Positions 41,701 through 51,793 of a stretch of DNA of 64,000 nucleotides are shown here, one piece after another. A model generated the notes under the pieces. It saw nothing but the letters and a program-made list of their open reading frames with translations. It was not told where the DNA came from and did no database searches. The position numbers were made by a program, and so were the translations under genes. Source of the DNA: an uncultured Acidobacteriota bacterium (GTDB lineage: Bacteria; Acidobacteriota; UBA6911); assembly GCA_963827655.1 (NCBI GenBank), contig CAWHCF010000002.1:96001-160000 (forward strand). The letters are read 5' to 3'. How positions within the stretch are numbered: the first letter of the stretch is position 1; each line of letters opens with the position of its first letter.

Positions 41701-44700
41701 GGTCACGGTCACGGTAAATTGCGCTCCGGTCTGCCCCGGTGTGAAACTACCCACGTGACTCTTGGAGATAACCAGGTCCGGCCCCGGAAGGATTGTCGCG
41801 ACATCTGATGCCGTGTTGTTCGTGGTATTGATATCGCCGCCGCCCGAGACGGTCGCTGTATTGGTCACCGACGGGGGGGCGTTGGGTGCAACATTCACCA
41901 TGAGGGTGACCGGCCCGTAACTCGCTCCCGGCGCCAGCGGGTCGCTTCGGCTGCAATTGACCATGGCGCCGGTGATTCCGCAGGTCCAACCGGCGCCACT
42001 GGCCATTGTGGCGAATGAGACCCGTCGGGACACTGTCGGCCACGGTGACGGCGCCGCTGGTCGGGGAGCCGCCGCTATTGGTCACGGTCATGGTAAATTG
42101 TGCTCCGGTCTGCCCCTGCACGAAATTACCCGCGTGACTCTTGGAGATGATCAGGTCCGGCCCCGGAGTGATGGTCGTGACATCGGTTGCGGTGTTGTTC
42201 GTGGTATTGACATCGCCGCCGCCGGAGAGGGTCGCTATGTTGGTCACCGATGGGGGGGCGTTGGGCGCAACATTCACCGTGATCGTGACCGGCCCGTAAC
42301 TCGCTCCCGACGCCAGCGGGTCGCTGCGAGTGCAATTGACCGTTGCGCCGGTGACTCCGCAGTTCCAGCCCGTGCCGCTCGCTGCCGTGGGAGTCAGTCC
42401 AGTCGGAACGCTGTCGACCACAGTGACGGCGCCGCTGGTCGGTGAGCCGCCGCTGTTGGTCACGGTTACGGTAAATTGTGCTCCGGTCTGCCCCTGTATG
42501 AAGCTACTCGCGTGACTCTTGGAGATGATCAGGTCCGGCCCCGGCGTGATGGTCGTGACATCGGATGCGCTGTTGTTTGCGGTATTGACATCGCCGCCGC
42601 CGGAGACGGTCACTGTGTTGGTCACCGATGGGGGGGCGTTGGGCGCGACATCCACGGTGATCGTGACCGGCGCGTAACTCGCTCCCGGCGCCAGCGCGTC
42701 ACTGCGGGTGCAATTGGCCGTTGCGCCGGTGAGGCCGCAGGTCCAGCCCGTGCCGGTCGCCGCGGTGAGAGTCAGTCCCGCAGGGATAGTATCGACCAGG
42801 GTGACGGCGCCGCTGGTCGGAGAGCCGCCGCTGTTGGTCACGGTCACGGTAAATTGTGCTCCGGTCTGCCCCTGTATGAAATTACCCGCGTGACTCTTGG
42901 CGACGGTCAGATCCTGCCCCGGAATGATGGTCGTGACATCGGATGCGGTGTTGTTCGCGGTATTGACGTCGCCGCCGCCCGAAATGGTCGCTGTGTTGGT
43001 CACCGATGGGGGCGCGTTGGGTGCAACATCCACCGTGAGTGTCACAGGGGGATAGCTCGCTGCAGCCGCCAGCGCGTCGCTTCGAGTGCAATTGACCATT
43101 GCGCCAGTGATGCCGCAGTTCCAGCCCGTTCCGCTCGCCGCCGTGGGAGTGAGTCCCGTCGGGACAGTGTCGGACAGGGTGACGGTGCCGCTGGTCGGCG
43201 AGCCGCCGCTATTGGTCGCCGTCATGGTGTAGGTGGCTCCCGTCTGCCCCTGTCTGAAGTTGCCGGTGTGGCTCTTCGTGAGGCTCAAATCCGGCGCCAA
43301 CACCACCGTCACGGTGAAGCTGCAGTTCGCCATGTTGCCGGCCGCGTCCGTGACCCTGAAGGTATTGGTAGTGACCCCCACCGGAAAAGCGTTACCGCTG
43401 GGCAGCCCGGCCGTCTGCGTCGTGGTTGCTCCAGGACAGGCGTCGGTGCCCACAGGCGCCGCGTAGGTGACTACCGCCGCGCCCGAGCCGGGCGGGTTCT
43501 CGGTCGCAGTGATGTTAGCCGGGCAGGTGATGGCCGGATTCTCCGTATCGTTGACCGTGACGGTAAAACTGCACGAGGCGTCCGGCGCCACGCCATTCGA
43601 GGCGGTGCAGGTTACCGTTGACGTCCCTACCGGGAATGCGTGCGGTGAGGTGATAGGGGTCGCGCCTATTCTGCACGTTACGGTCGGCGCCGGGCAGCCG
43701 GCCGTCGCGGTCGGCGCAGTAAAAGAGACCAATGCCGTGCACGTCCCCGGATCAGTGTTGACCGTCTGATTGGCCGGACAGGCCGAGATCGACGGCGGCA
43801 CCTGCACCGTCATTGACGAGGTCTGCGTCCCGTTGTCCAGCGTCGCCGATACATTGCCCGTGTTCGGAGTCGGACAGGTCGAGCTGGCGGTGAACAAGGT
43901 CCCGGCCATCAGGCTGCTCAGCGCCGCCGATGCGGGCGAAACGCTCCCCAGCCCGCCGCCGGCGAACGTTATGGTCAGCCCGTTCAGCACTACCGGATTG
44001 ATCGCCGCACCGTTTGTGTTCTGGCTCACGTTCGCCGTGAACGTCTGGGTCCCGCCCGGCGCAAGCGTCGCGCTGGCCGGCAGCAAGCGCAGATCTATCC
44101 GCGGGATCGGCGTCGAATGTCCCGCTGCCCGTCTGGCAACCGGCGGCATTGGGGAAGCCGTCGCACCCCCACCAGTTGTTCTCCACGCTGGCCGTGCCCC
44201 CCGTCTGCCAGATGCCCGAGCCTGTGGGCGCGGTATTGCTCACGATGCGATTCAGGTTGGCCATCAGCGAGCCACTAACGATAAACAGCGCCCCGCCCCC
44301 CAGGGTCGCGCTGTTGCCGCTGATCGTGCAGTTGGTGATGGTCGTTAACTGATTGACAAAGGCGTTCGTCGTCGCCACTCCTCCGCCAATGTCCGACGCG
44401 TTGCCGGTGATCGTGCAGTTGTTGATCGTCAGCGGCGAGTTGGCCCCGTCTTCAATCCCCCCGCCTCTGGCATTCGCGCCTGCCGTCGCGGTGTTATTGC
44501 TGATGGTCACACCCGACAGCGTGGTACTGCCCACAGGGTTCGCGTTGAAGAGCCCGCCGCCATCGGCCTCCGCGCCGGTTCCCTGCGCCGTGTTGCCTGT
44601 CAGGCTGCCTCCCGTCATGTTCACGGTCTGGCCGCCCACTCCGGCGATCAGTATCCCGCCGCCGTCCGACCCCGAAATGTTGCTCGAGATCGTGCATGTG

Positions 44701-47017
44701 TTGAGCGTGACGGTCCCGCCAAAGCTGTGGCGTATGTTGATCCCGCCGCCGTTGGACCCGATGTTGGCCGAGGTCTGGTTGCCTGTGATCGTGCTGTTGC
44801 TTATCGTCACATTATGCCGGTCAGCGAACAGATTGATCCCGCCCCCGAACGCCGACGCGCCCGCTGCGGCGTTCAACGTGTCATTGTTCGAGATCGTGCT
44901 GCCGGTGATCTGAACCGTGCCCCGAAAAATATTGGTGCCTCCCATCAGATCGCCGCTGTCGATGTTGATCGCCCCGCCGTAGCTGTTCTGGTTGGCATTG
45001 CTGTCAAACGTGCAGTTGGTCAGGGTCGTGGTCGGTCCGGGCATCGCTCCCGTGCCGGTCAGGAAGATATCCAGCGCTCCCCCGGTCTCGGTGAAGGTGC
45101 CGATCGTGGGGTTGTTGTTCCTCGTGAACCGGACCGTCAATCCCGAAAGGCTCACGCTCAAGGTTGAGAACGTCCCATCCTGGTTGATGCCGATCGCCTT
45201 GTCTCCCATGTTGCCCGTGAAGGCGGCATTGCTCGATCCCTGGATGATCGTGTTCGCGGCCCCATTGCCCATGATGGTTATGTCCGAGTTGATGTCCAGG
45301 TCTCCGCTCGCGGCCGTGTTGTCATCGCCCACCTGCGTCAACTGGATCGGCACGCCGTTCAATGCGGCCGCGAACGTGATCGTGTCCAGCGCCGCGCATG
45401 AGCATTGGCTTCCTGAACCGCCGCCCGCAGCGAACAATTACCCCCCGAGTCGGCGCATGTGCCGTTGCCGGCCGCCGCATCATCCGTGTCAGCCGCGGTG
45501 TTGACGTTAAAGGCGGCGTGTGACTCGACTACCACGATCACGGGTTCCGGGTCGGCTCTGTCGCAGCACCACCAGACCAGGCCGCCCGTGCACGTTCAGC
45601 CGCATCGGCAGCGCCGCAACCGGCTGGCTATCGGTATCGAACGTGATCGCTTCCCTGCCCCCCGGCGATGCTTCTTGCCCTGGCTGCGCGTCCTCCCTGA
45701 ATGCCACCTGAAGTTGCCGCGCCCCGGGATTCACAACCAGCAGATCATGCGCTTGCCCACCCGATGCCAGCGTGCTCATCAGCAGCGGCTGCGCGCCGTC
45801 GCCTGTGTGCGTGAGGGTCATCGAGGTCCTCTCCGCCACCTCCCAGCTCAGCGCCCGCGTTGGGTCTCGCCCCCCTCAGGTCTGACATCGGCCGGCTGCC
45901 TCGTCTCACTTCGGCTACAAGCTGCCGGCGCGCCCGAACCTCTTCCACAGTAAAGGGCCGGGTATCCAGCGTCCCGCGCGCCACGATCTGGACCGTGCCG
46001 TCCTCCGCCGCCACCGCCAGTTCCAGCCGCGCATCCCGATCCCAGATGAAATCGCTCACCGCCGCCGCTTTCACCCCAAACGGCATTGCGATCGCCTCCA
46101 ACTGCCCCGCTCGCTCATCCGGGACACTTCCATACCCGGCCGCTTCATCATCCTCTCCGTGCAGTATGTAGAGCCGGTTGCCCGCGATGATCGCCAGGTC
46201 CGTTGCACCATCCTCATCCAATCGCCCCAGCGTCACAGAGCGTCGCCGCGGCCGGCAGCGGGTAGGTCGACGCCGCCTCCGCCGCGACTCCCTGGTTCGC
46301 TTCATAAACCAGCAGGGCAGGCCCATCCGAACCTACGATCCCCACCACCACATCCGCCCAGCTATCCGGCTGAGTCTTCTGCCCGGCCGCCATCGTCGTG
46401 AGCAGACCCGGCAACGGCACGGCCCTGGGCTCGTGGAATCCCTGGTTCCCGTCCCCAGCCAGCAGATAGAGCGCCCCGCTCCCCCGCGCCCCTGTGATTA
46501 TGTCCAGACGCCCATCCCGGTCGAAATCTCCCGTGGCCAGAAACTCCGGCGCTTCCGGCGTCCACAGCACTGCCGCTTCGGGGAGAAACGGATCAGGATA
46601 CTCTCCCTTGATGATGGACTGGATTGTCTCCGGTTTTGTCGGCCCATACGCTTCGGGATTGCCCAGGTGCAATGTCACCAGGCCTCCGCTCGCGCTGGCA
46701 TACCCGCAAATCAAGTCCGGAAAACCGTCGAGATTGACGTCATCCGAGGCCAGTGACAGCGCCCGGACCTGCCCCTGCTCCAGCGCCAGCAGGTTTCCGC
46801 CGTTCGTCAGCCCGGCCCCGGTGTACTGCGCCCGCAAATCGCGCCCATTCCGAAAATGGATCCGGTAATTGGTCTTTCCCCCGGCTCGCAGCGTGATGGC
46901 GTCTTCGCGGGAGTCGGCCCTCGAGGCCAGGTGCAGATTGGCGTCCACCAGGGCTCCGACGCTCGTCAGAACGAGAACCGAAAGGCCAAACCCAATCTTT
47001 GATGCGAGCCGCTTCAT
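38746..47017 (-). CDS. Giant exported protein A: FG-GAP-like, CSLREA, beta-helix, 2 HYR, 10 DUF11, distinct C-terminal domain; several frameshifts
   Basis: Starts MKRLASKIG with the same N-terminal modules as protein B; ten PDL/QDL-xxxK(S/T)H repeats; C-terminal FGQVTVGAGYSTGLFLSN domain. Reconstructed from seven fragments. Confidence 0.78.
39500..43296 (-). repeat. Coding tandem array of ten DUF11-type domains, ~378-bp period
   Basis: Repeated GQTGAQFTVTVTNSGGSPTSG...CTRSDPLAPGASYGP...SGGGDVNTTNNTA; shadow ORFs at 42330 and 42708 are 378 bp apart. Confidence 0.85.
42925..47017. repeat. ~4.1-kb near-identical direct duplication of ~34555-38649
   Basis: Long stretches match base for base at an offset of ~8368 bp (e.g. 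35401 ff vs 43768 ff; 37561 ff vs 45928 ff), with scattered substitutions. Confidence 0.9.
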
Positions 47018-47031
47018 ATGGACGGACTTAA

Positions 47032-48044
47032 CTAGTAGACGATTCTTGGTGTTTCTTCGTGTCTTCGTGTCCTGGTGGTATTTGTTTCTGCTCTTGCCTG
47101 CGCGAGCAGCACGGTTGAGGCGACCGCCGGAGAGTAGGACTTCGCTTCCTGCGCCTGATCGTTTGAAAGCGTTGCCGTCCAATAGTTGCTGGCTTCGGTG
47201 AGCGTGAGCTTGAATTCGACGTCGCCCTGTTCTTCCCTGAAGGGATTTACTCTATAGATGACAGGCGACCAGCTGGTGGTTTGTCTGGTCGTCAATCGGA
47301 CACCGCCGGTCAAGGTTGCCTCTGCCCAGACGGCAAAACAATTGATCTGATTTGTGTCTCGCAGCTTCCAGCGGGCCGTCAGGTTATTCAGATTCGGGGG
47401 TGATTTGTCGGCGGTCAGATCGGCTCGTACGAGCTCCTGCGGTTCGCTCAGAAGCTTAAGCCTGTCTCGGTTGGTCAATCCGAGGGGATGGTTCAGAAGG
47501 AGCGACTCGAAATAGCCGATATTCGACCGGAATGCCTGCCGGGAGTCCCCGGCGGTTCTGATCGAGATGACCGCCGGCGGCAACCAACGCGACTGAATCG
47601 GGAATCAGCACACCGCCCGGTTTCAGAAATCTCTCGCGGGCGTCGATCATGATGGGAACGATCGTGTTCATCGAAGACCAGGCTGCCCATAGTTTCCGAA
47701 ATGACGACGTCGAATTCGCGGTTGAGTTGAACCTGTCTGGAATCCCCCTGAATGACCTCCACGCGGCTGGCCACGCCATTGTCGCGGGCAAGCGTTCGAA
47801 TCAGCCCGATCAGTAGCTGATCCTGTTCGATCGCCACGACCCTTCGGGCTCCCAACGCGGCCGCCGCGATAGCCCAAACGCCGGTCCCCGATCCGATATC
47901 GAGCACGCTCGATTCGTCGCTGATAGTCTTTTTCAGGGCGCGGTAAAACAGCCGGTTTCTATTGGCATCGCTGAGAAGCTTTTCGTGTCCCGCCAGAAGC
48001 TGATTTACGTGGTCATACAATCTGGCTTCGGCATTATTCTCCAC
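47032..48044 (-). CDS. Class I SAM methyltransferase, protein-arginine-methyltransferase-like; frameshifts near 47665 and 47575
   Basis: HEKLLSDANRN, VLDIGSGTG, VVAIE, FDVVISETMGSLVFDE, ARERFLKPGGVLIP, TTSWSP; GTG start at 48044. Confidence 0.78.
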
Positions 48045-48137
48045 ACATTCCCTTCTGAGGGCTCGATCCTGGTGCTTCGTCTGAGAAATACGAAACAAAT
48101 ACCGCAAAGACCGAAAGACACCAAGAAACACCAAGGG

Positions 48138-48662
48138 TCAACCCCTTGGCGGAAAGATTCCCTGCAGGGCGATGATGAAATTCAGGACGACGTAAGGCGA
48201 CATGTTGTTGTGCGGCTGACTTGAACCCGTCACAGCAAACGCCTGAGGACTCATCGTCGTATTTGGCGCAGCGGCAAAAAGCATTGGCGGCGTTCTGCCC
48301 GGCAGAGACGACCACGCCCGGCCCGTGGGAGATGCCTGGTTTCCGCCCCCCACGGTGGCTCCCACAGGATGTCCGTGCGCGGGCATTTCCGACTCGAGGA
48401 GGGTCACAGATGACGAACCGCCCTGTTGGCCCAGGTCGTAGATGCTCAAGCCGGCACCCTGGCCCTGATGGATCGGCACGCTGCCTTGCAGGTTGGGCAG
48501 GCCGAAGGTTGTCCTGCCGTCACCACCGTAGGTGGTCCCCAGGAGTGAAAACAGCGCCGTGTTCTGTGAGATTGACATGAGCTGGCCGTCACACAACGCC
48601 CAGCCCTTCGGTGCGAAATTGAATCCGACGATTCTGATTTCAGCGACAAATGGATCGCTCAT
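48138..48662 (-). CDS. Phage tail collar domain protein (COG4675/MdpB-like), copy 3
   Basis: MSDPFVAEIR, GWALCDGQLMSISQNTALFSLLGTTYGGDG, HGH, QPHNNMSPY, GIFPPRG. Confidence 0.92.
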   Translation of the reverse strand: MSDPFVAEIRIVGFNFAPKGWALCDGQLMSISQNTALFSLLGTTYGGDGRTTFGLPNLQGSVPIHQGQGAGLSIYDLGQQGGSSSVTLLESEMPAHGHPVGATVGGGNQASPTGRAWSSLPGRTPPMLFAAAPNTTMSPQAFAVTGSSQPHNNMSPYVVLNFIIALQGIFPPRG

Positions 48663-48676
48663 GGTCTCTCCTTGTG

Positions 48677-49171
48677 TCAGTTCCGCGACGGGAATATCCC
48701 AACCAGCGCGATGACGAAATTGATGACGAGGTAGGGCTGCGTGTTTTCGTGGGGCTGGCCTCCTCCTGCCGGAGCATCTAATGTCTGATTCATCATACCG
48801 TCCGACTTGGACGAATACGATCCGGGCAATGCAGCCCAGACGCCGTTTGCCGGGGTTCCCTGGGTCGGCGCGAGCGAGCTGGCCTGCGCGACGTGCGTGT
48901 GAGCGGGCATCTCGGACATGATCAGTGTGTGAGCCGCCTCGCCCCCCTTTGCGCCCTGCGTCAGGCCGCTGCCCATATGCACGGGAGAGCAGCCCCGGAG
49001 GTCCGGGAGAGCGAAGGTGGTCTGTCCATTTCCGCCGTACATCGTTCCCAGCAGCGAAAAGAGCGCCTGATTCTGGTTGATGGGGAGCAACTGGCCATTG
49101 CACAATGCCCAACCTTTGGGGGGGAAATTAAAGGAAACCATCTTGACCTCGCCTAAGAATGCTTCCGACAT
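48677..49171 (-). CDS. Phage tail collar domain protein, copy 2
   Basis: MSEAFLGEVK, GWALCNGQLLPINQNQALFSLLGT, HTH, QPHENTQPY, GIFPSRN. Confidence 0.92.
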   Translation of the reverse strand: MSEAFLGEVKMVSFNFPPKGWALCNGQLLPINQNQALFSLLGTMYGGNGQTTFALPDLRGCSPVHMGSGLTQGAKGGEAAHTLIMSEMPAHTHVAQASSLAPTQGTPANGVWAALPGSYSSKSDGMMNQTLDAPAGGGQPHENTQPYLVINFVIALVGIFPSRN

Positions 49172-49267
49172 GGTTGATTTCTCCTTCAGAATCGCTTCAG
49201 CTTTCAGCGATGAGTTTAATGAGCCTCTGAAACCGGTCTGACCCTGATCACGGAATGCCGGTATTCC

Positions 49268-49777
49268 TTAGTTCTGAGACGGGTAAATCCCCTCCAGCGC
49301 AATGATGAAGCTTATGACGAGGTACGGCATCATGTTGTCGTGCGGCTGGCTTCCGCCGTCGTTCTTCATGCACGCCGAACTCATCACATTAGCGGTGGGT
49401 GGTGAGTCGCTATAGATCGTCTGGTTTGAAGCAGAGGCTGCCCACACGGCGTTCTGCGGAGACCCCAGTTCGCCAGCCGTAGATTTGCATTGCGGCGGGT
49501 GTGCGTGAGAAGGAATCTGTTGAGTGGTCAGCGTAACCGACTCTACCCCGCCCTTCTGGCCTATCGTGAACCCGCTGCCTTGATGGATTGGAATACGACC
49601 CTGAAGATCGGGCAACGCGAAGGTCGATTGGCCATCGCCTCCGTAAGTAGTGCCTATGAGCGAAAAGAGCGCGTCGTTCTGCGAAATCGGGAGCAGTTGC
49701 CCGCTGCAGAATGCCCACCCCATAGGCGCAAAATTCCCGCCAAACATCCTGATTTCACCAATAAAGGGAGTAGACAT
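49268..49777 (-). CDS. Phage tail collar domain protein, copy 1
   Basis: MSTPFIGEIRMFGGNFAP, SQNDALFSLIGTTYGGDG, HAH, QPHDNMMPY, GIYPSQN. Confidence 0.92.
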   Translation of the reverse strand: MSTPFIGEIRMFGGNFAPMGWAFCSGQLLPISQNDALFSLIGTTYGGDGQSTFALPDLQGRIPIHQGSGFTIGQKGGVESVTLTTQQIPSHAHPPQCKSTAGELGSPQNAVWAASASNQTIYSDSPPTANVMSSACMKNDGGSQPHDNMMPYLVISFIIALEGIYPSQN

Positions 49778-50140
49778 AGCCGTTCTCCTCTATTTTGAGT
49801 GCCCTGTTTTCGTTGTCTTGGTGCCCAAGTGGTTAGTTTTTGTTCCGCCCGCTAACCACAAAGACACGTAAAACGCCAACACTAGTCGGATTGAAAATGC
49901 TCAGCCGGGGGAAGGGCTTTTCAGCCGGGGGAAGGGCTGTTCTGCTACGCAAGCACAACCGCAACTGATAAAGTGGCCGGATTCTAAACTTCGGCCAGAT
50001 GAGAGTCAACAGATTATGCTGTTAAAAAACTTTTACAGAGTCGAGTAGGCCCGGCCATGAGAGGCTGTTGCAAAAAACTCAGCTCTACCCTCTAATGCGG
50101 CTGCAGACACTTTACGAAGCCTCATGTGGCGACGGGTCAC

Positions 50141-50260
50141 TGAGACCGTCGCAAGTAACGTGATCGGGAGGATTTGGCCTTAAAAAGTTCTTTCGTGCCA
50201 CTAGCGGGCCGGACGGGCTTGATAGCCCGTCCGCACATGGGGTCGTTTTGCGACAGTCTC
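50141..50260. repeat. Small inverted-repeat element carrying a REP-like hairpin
   Basis: gagaccgtcgcaa ... ttgcgacagtctc ends. Internal ccggacgggcttgatagcccgtccgcaca (50209-50237) recurs exactly at 63509-63537. Confidence 0.6.
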
Positions 50261-50294
50261 GCAAGGCCGGGATTAGACGTGCATCAGTAACCAA

Positions 50295-50782
50295 CTAAGT
50301 TGGGCGCCACTCCATTAATACCTGGATGCCGTTGTCTTCTCGCGCAGAGAAGCCCAGCCGCGCGAATAAACGCTGCGCCCGGCATCACGATCCACGTAGA
50401 TGCTGAGCGCCCTCGCGCTTCCGGCCGCTTCGGCCATCAAGGCTTTGATCAGCGGGGTGCCGATCCCAAGGCCGCGGTGTGCCGGCAGCAGCGCGATATC
50501 AAGGATGCGGATCTCCTGCGCGCGCCGGTCGACATAGAGCCGCCCCACCGGCTGGCCGTTGTTCAGGATGACGTGGTGCTCCGCGTCGGGATACTCACTT
50601 TTGTAGAACCGCTGCTGCGCCGCGAACTGGAACCGGATGAAGGCGGCGCGCTGCGCCTCGTCCCAGGGCACGAGCGCCAGTTCCTCGGCGCGCGTGCCGG
50701 CGTAAACGGCGCGGAGAAACTCCTCGTCCTCGGCGCGCACCGGGCGCAAGCTTACGGCATTGGCATCACTGTTGGTTGTCAT
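50295..50782 (-). CDS. GNAT N-acetyltransferase; frameshift near 50378
   Basis: LRPVRAEDEEFL, YAGTRAEEL, QFAAQQRFY, DIALLPAHRGLGIG. The alternate frame restores AQRLFARLGF...LMEWRPT*. Confidence 0.85.
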
Positions 50783-51087
50783 GGCTCCGCCTTGCGCTTG
50801 CGATTGAACACCGCCTCGTAGGTCAACCCCTCGTCGTCCCTGGCGATCGGCACCAGGAAGAGCCGGCCGCTGCCCAGCTGTTCGTGCCGCAATTGATAGA
50901 GCCATTGCTCGGGGGGCGCCTCGAGCGGCGCGCGGAAGGTGAGCAGAAACTGCTCCTGGCGCGGCGATGGCGATTTATCTTCGACGCTGATCAGTTCGAT
51001 CTCCAGCGTCGTGTCTTCATTGAGCCGCATCTGGAATCGGGTGTTGACGTGCGGAGCGAAATCTTCGTAGTGCAGGGTGTCGAGCAT
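50779..51087 (-). CDS. DUF6916-like small beta protein
   Basis: LHYEDFAPHVNTRF, FLLTFRAP, YQLRHEQLG, LFLVPI, YEAVFN; overlaps both flanking GNAT genes. Confidence 0.78.
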   Translation of the reverse strand: MLDTLHYEDFAPHVNTRFQMRLNEDTTLEIELISVEDKSPSPRQEQFLLTFRAPLEAPPEQWLYQLRHEQLGSGRLFLVPIARDDEGLTYEAVFNRKRKAEP

Positions 51088-51575
51088 CAGGGTTCTTCTC
51101 CTATGGTTCTCCGGGACGGCTGCCATTCCATCAAGTAGTACAAGCCGATGTCGGCGAGCGGCGTAAATCCCAACCGCCGGTAGAGCCGCTGCGCCGGATT
51201 GGACTTCTCCACGTGCAGCCGCACCGGCTTGCCCGACCGCGCCGCCTCGTCGAGCAACTGTTGAAGCAGCGCAGCGCCAATTCCCCGCCCGCGCCATTCC
51301 GGCAGCAGCGCGATATCCACCAGGCGGATTTCGTCCGCCAGGCGGGAAACCAGCAATCGGCCGATCGCGCGATCCACCTCGACGATGATCTGCGGGTCGG
51401 CGTTCGGGAACTCGGCGTAGTGGGCCTGCTGCGCGCGGAATTGCAGGCTCAGGAAGGCTTCCTGCTGCGCGCTGCTCCAGTCCAGGGCGGCCAACTCCGC
51501 GGCACGGGTGCTGGCGTAGAGCCGATAGAGGAACGGTTCGTCTTCGGGCAGGGCGGGACGCAGCGTGACGATCAT
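51087..51575 (-). CDS. GNAT N-acetyltransferase
   Basis: LRPALPEDEPFL, YASTRAAEL, QFRAQQAHY, DIALLPEWRGRGIG, NPAQRLYRRLGF. Confidence 0.88.
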   Translation of the reverse strand: MIVTLRPALPEDEPFLYRLYASTRAAELAALDWSSAQQEAFLSLQFRAQQAHYAEFPNADPQIIVEVDRAIGRLLVSRLADEIRLVDIALLPEWRGRGIGAALLQQLLDEAARSGKPVRLHVEKSNPAQRLYRRLGFTPLADIGLYYLMEWQPSRRTIGEEP

Positions 51576-51793
51576 AACTTGATGATCTGTTTGAGTAGTT
51601 GCCTGGGGGACGCGCGGCGCATCATGCGGTAAAGCGGCGACATTTGTCAAAGCCGAAACAAATACCACCAGGACGCGAAGACACGAAGAAACACCAAGAA
51701 TTTTCTTGACAATACCCCCCGGCACACACCGAATCCTAGCCGGGGATCGAGCAAATCTGAGTGCAGCAGTCTTTTTCATTCGGAGGTTGTCCG

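Noticed and set aside
39500-43296. CRISPR array
   Set aside because: The repeats are in-frame 378-bp protein domains with no spacers; no cas genes. The dispersed 8-mer elements are not regularly spaced either.
34555-47017. Diversity-generating retroelement (TR/VR pair)
   Set aside because: The duplication is kilobases long, differences are not adenine-specific, and there is no reverse transcriptase.
48663-49112. 324-aa extended or fused collar protein in the ORF track
   Set aside because: The extension overlaps collar gene 2 in another frame; a good RBS and family N-terminus place the start at 48662.
48138-49777. Prophage, tailocin or eCIS
   Set aside because: No sheath, tube, baseplate, capsid, terminase, lysis or integrase genes in the window.
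48138-49777. Microcystin-related function
   Set aside because: 'Microcystin-dependent protein' is a historical family label; no NRPS/PKS genes are present.
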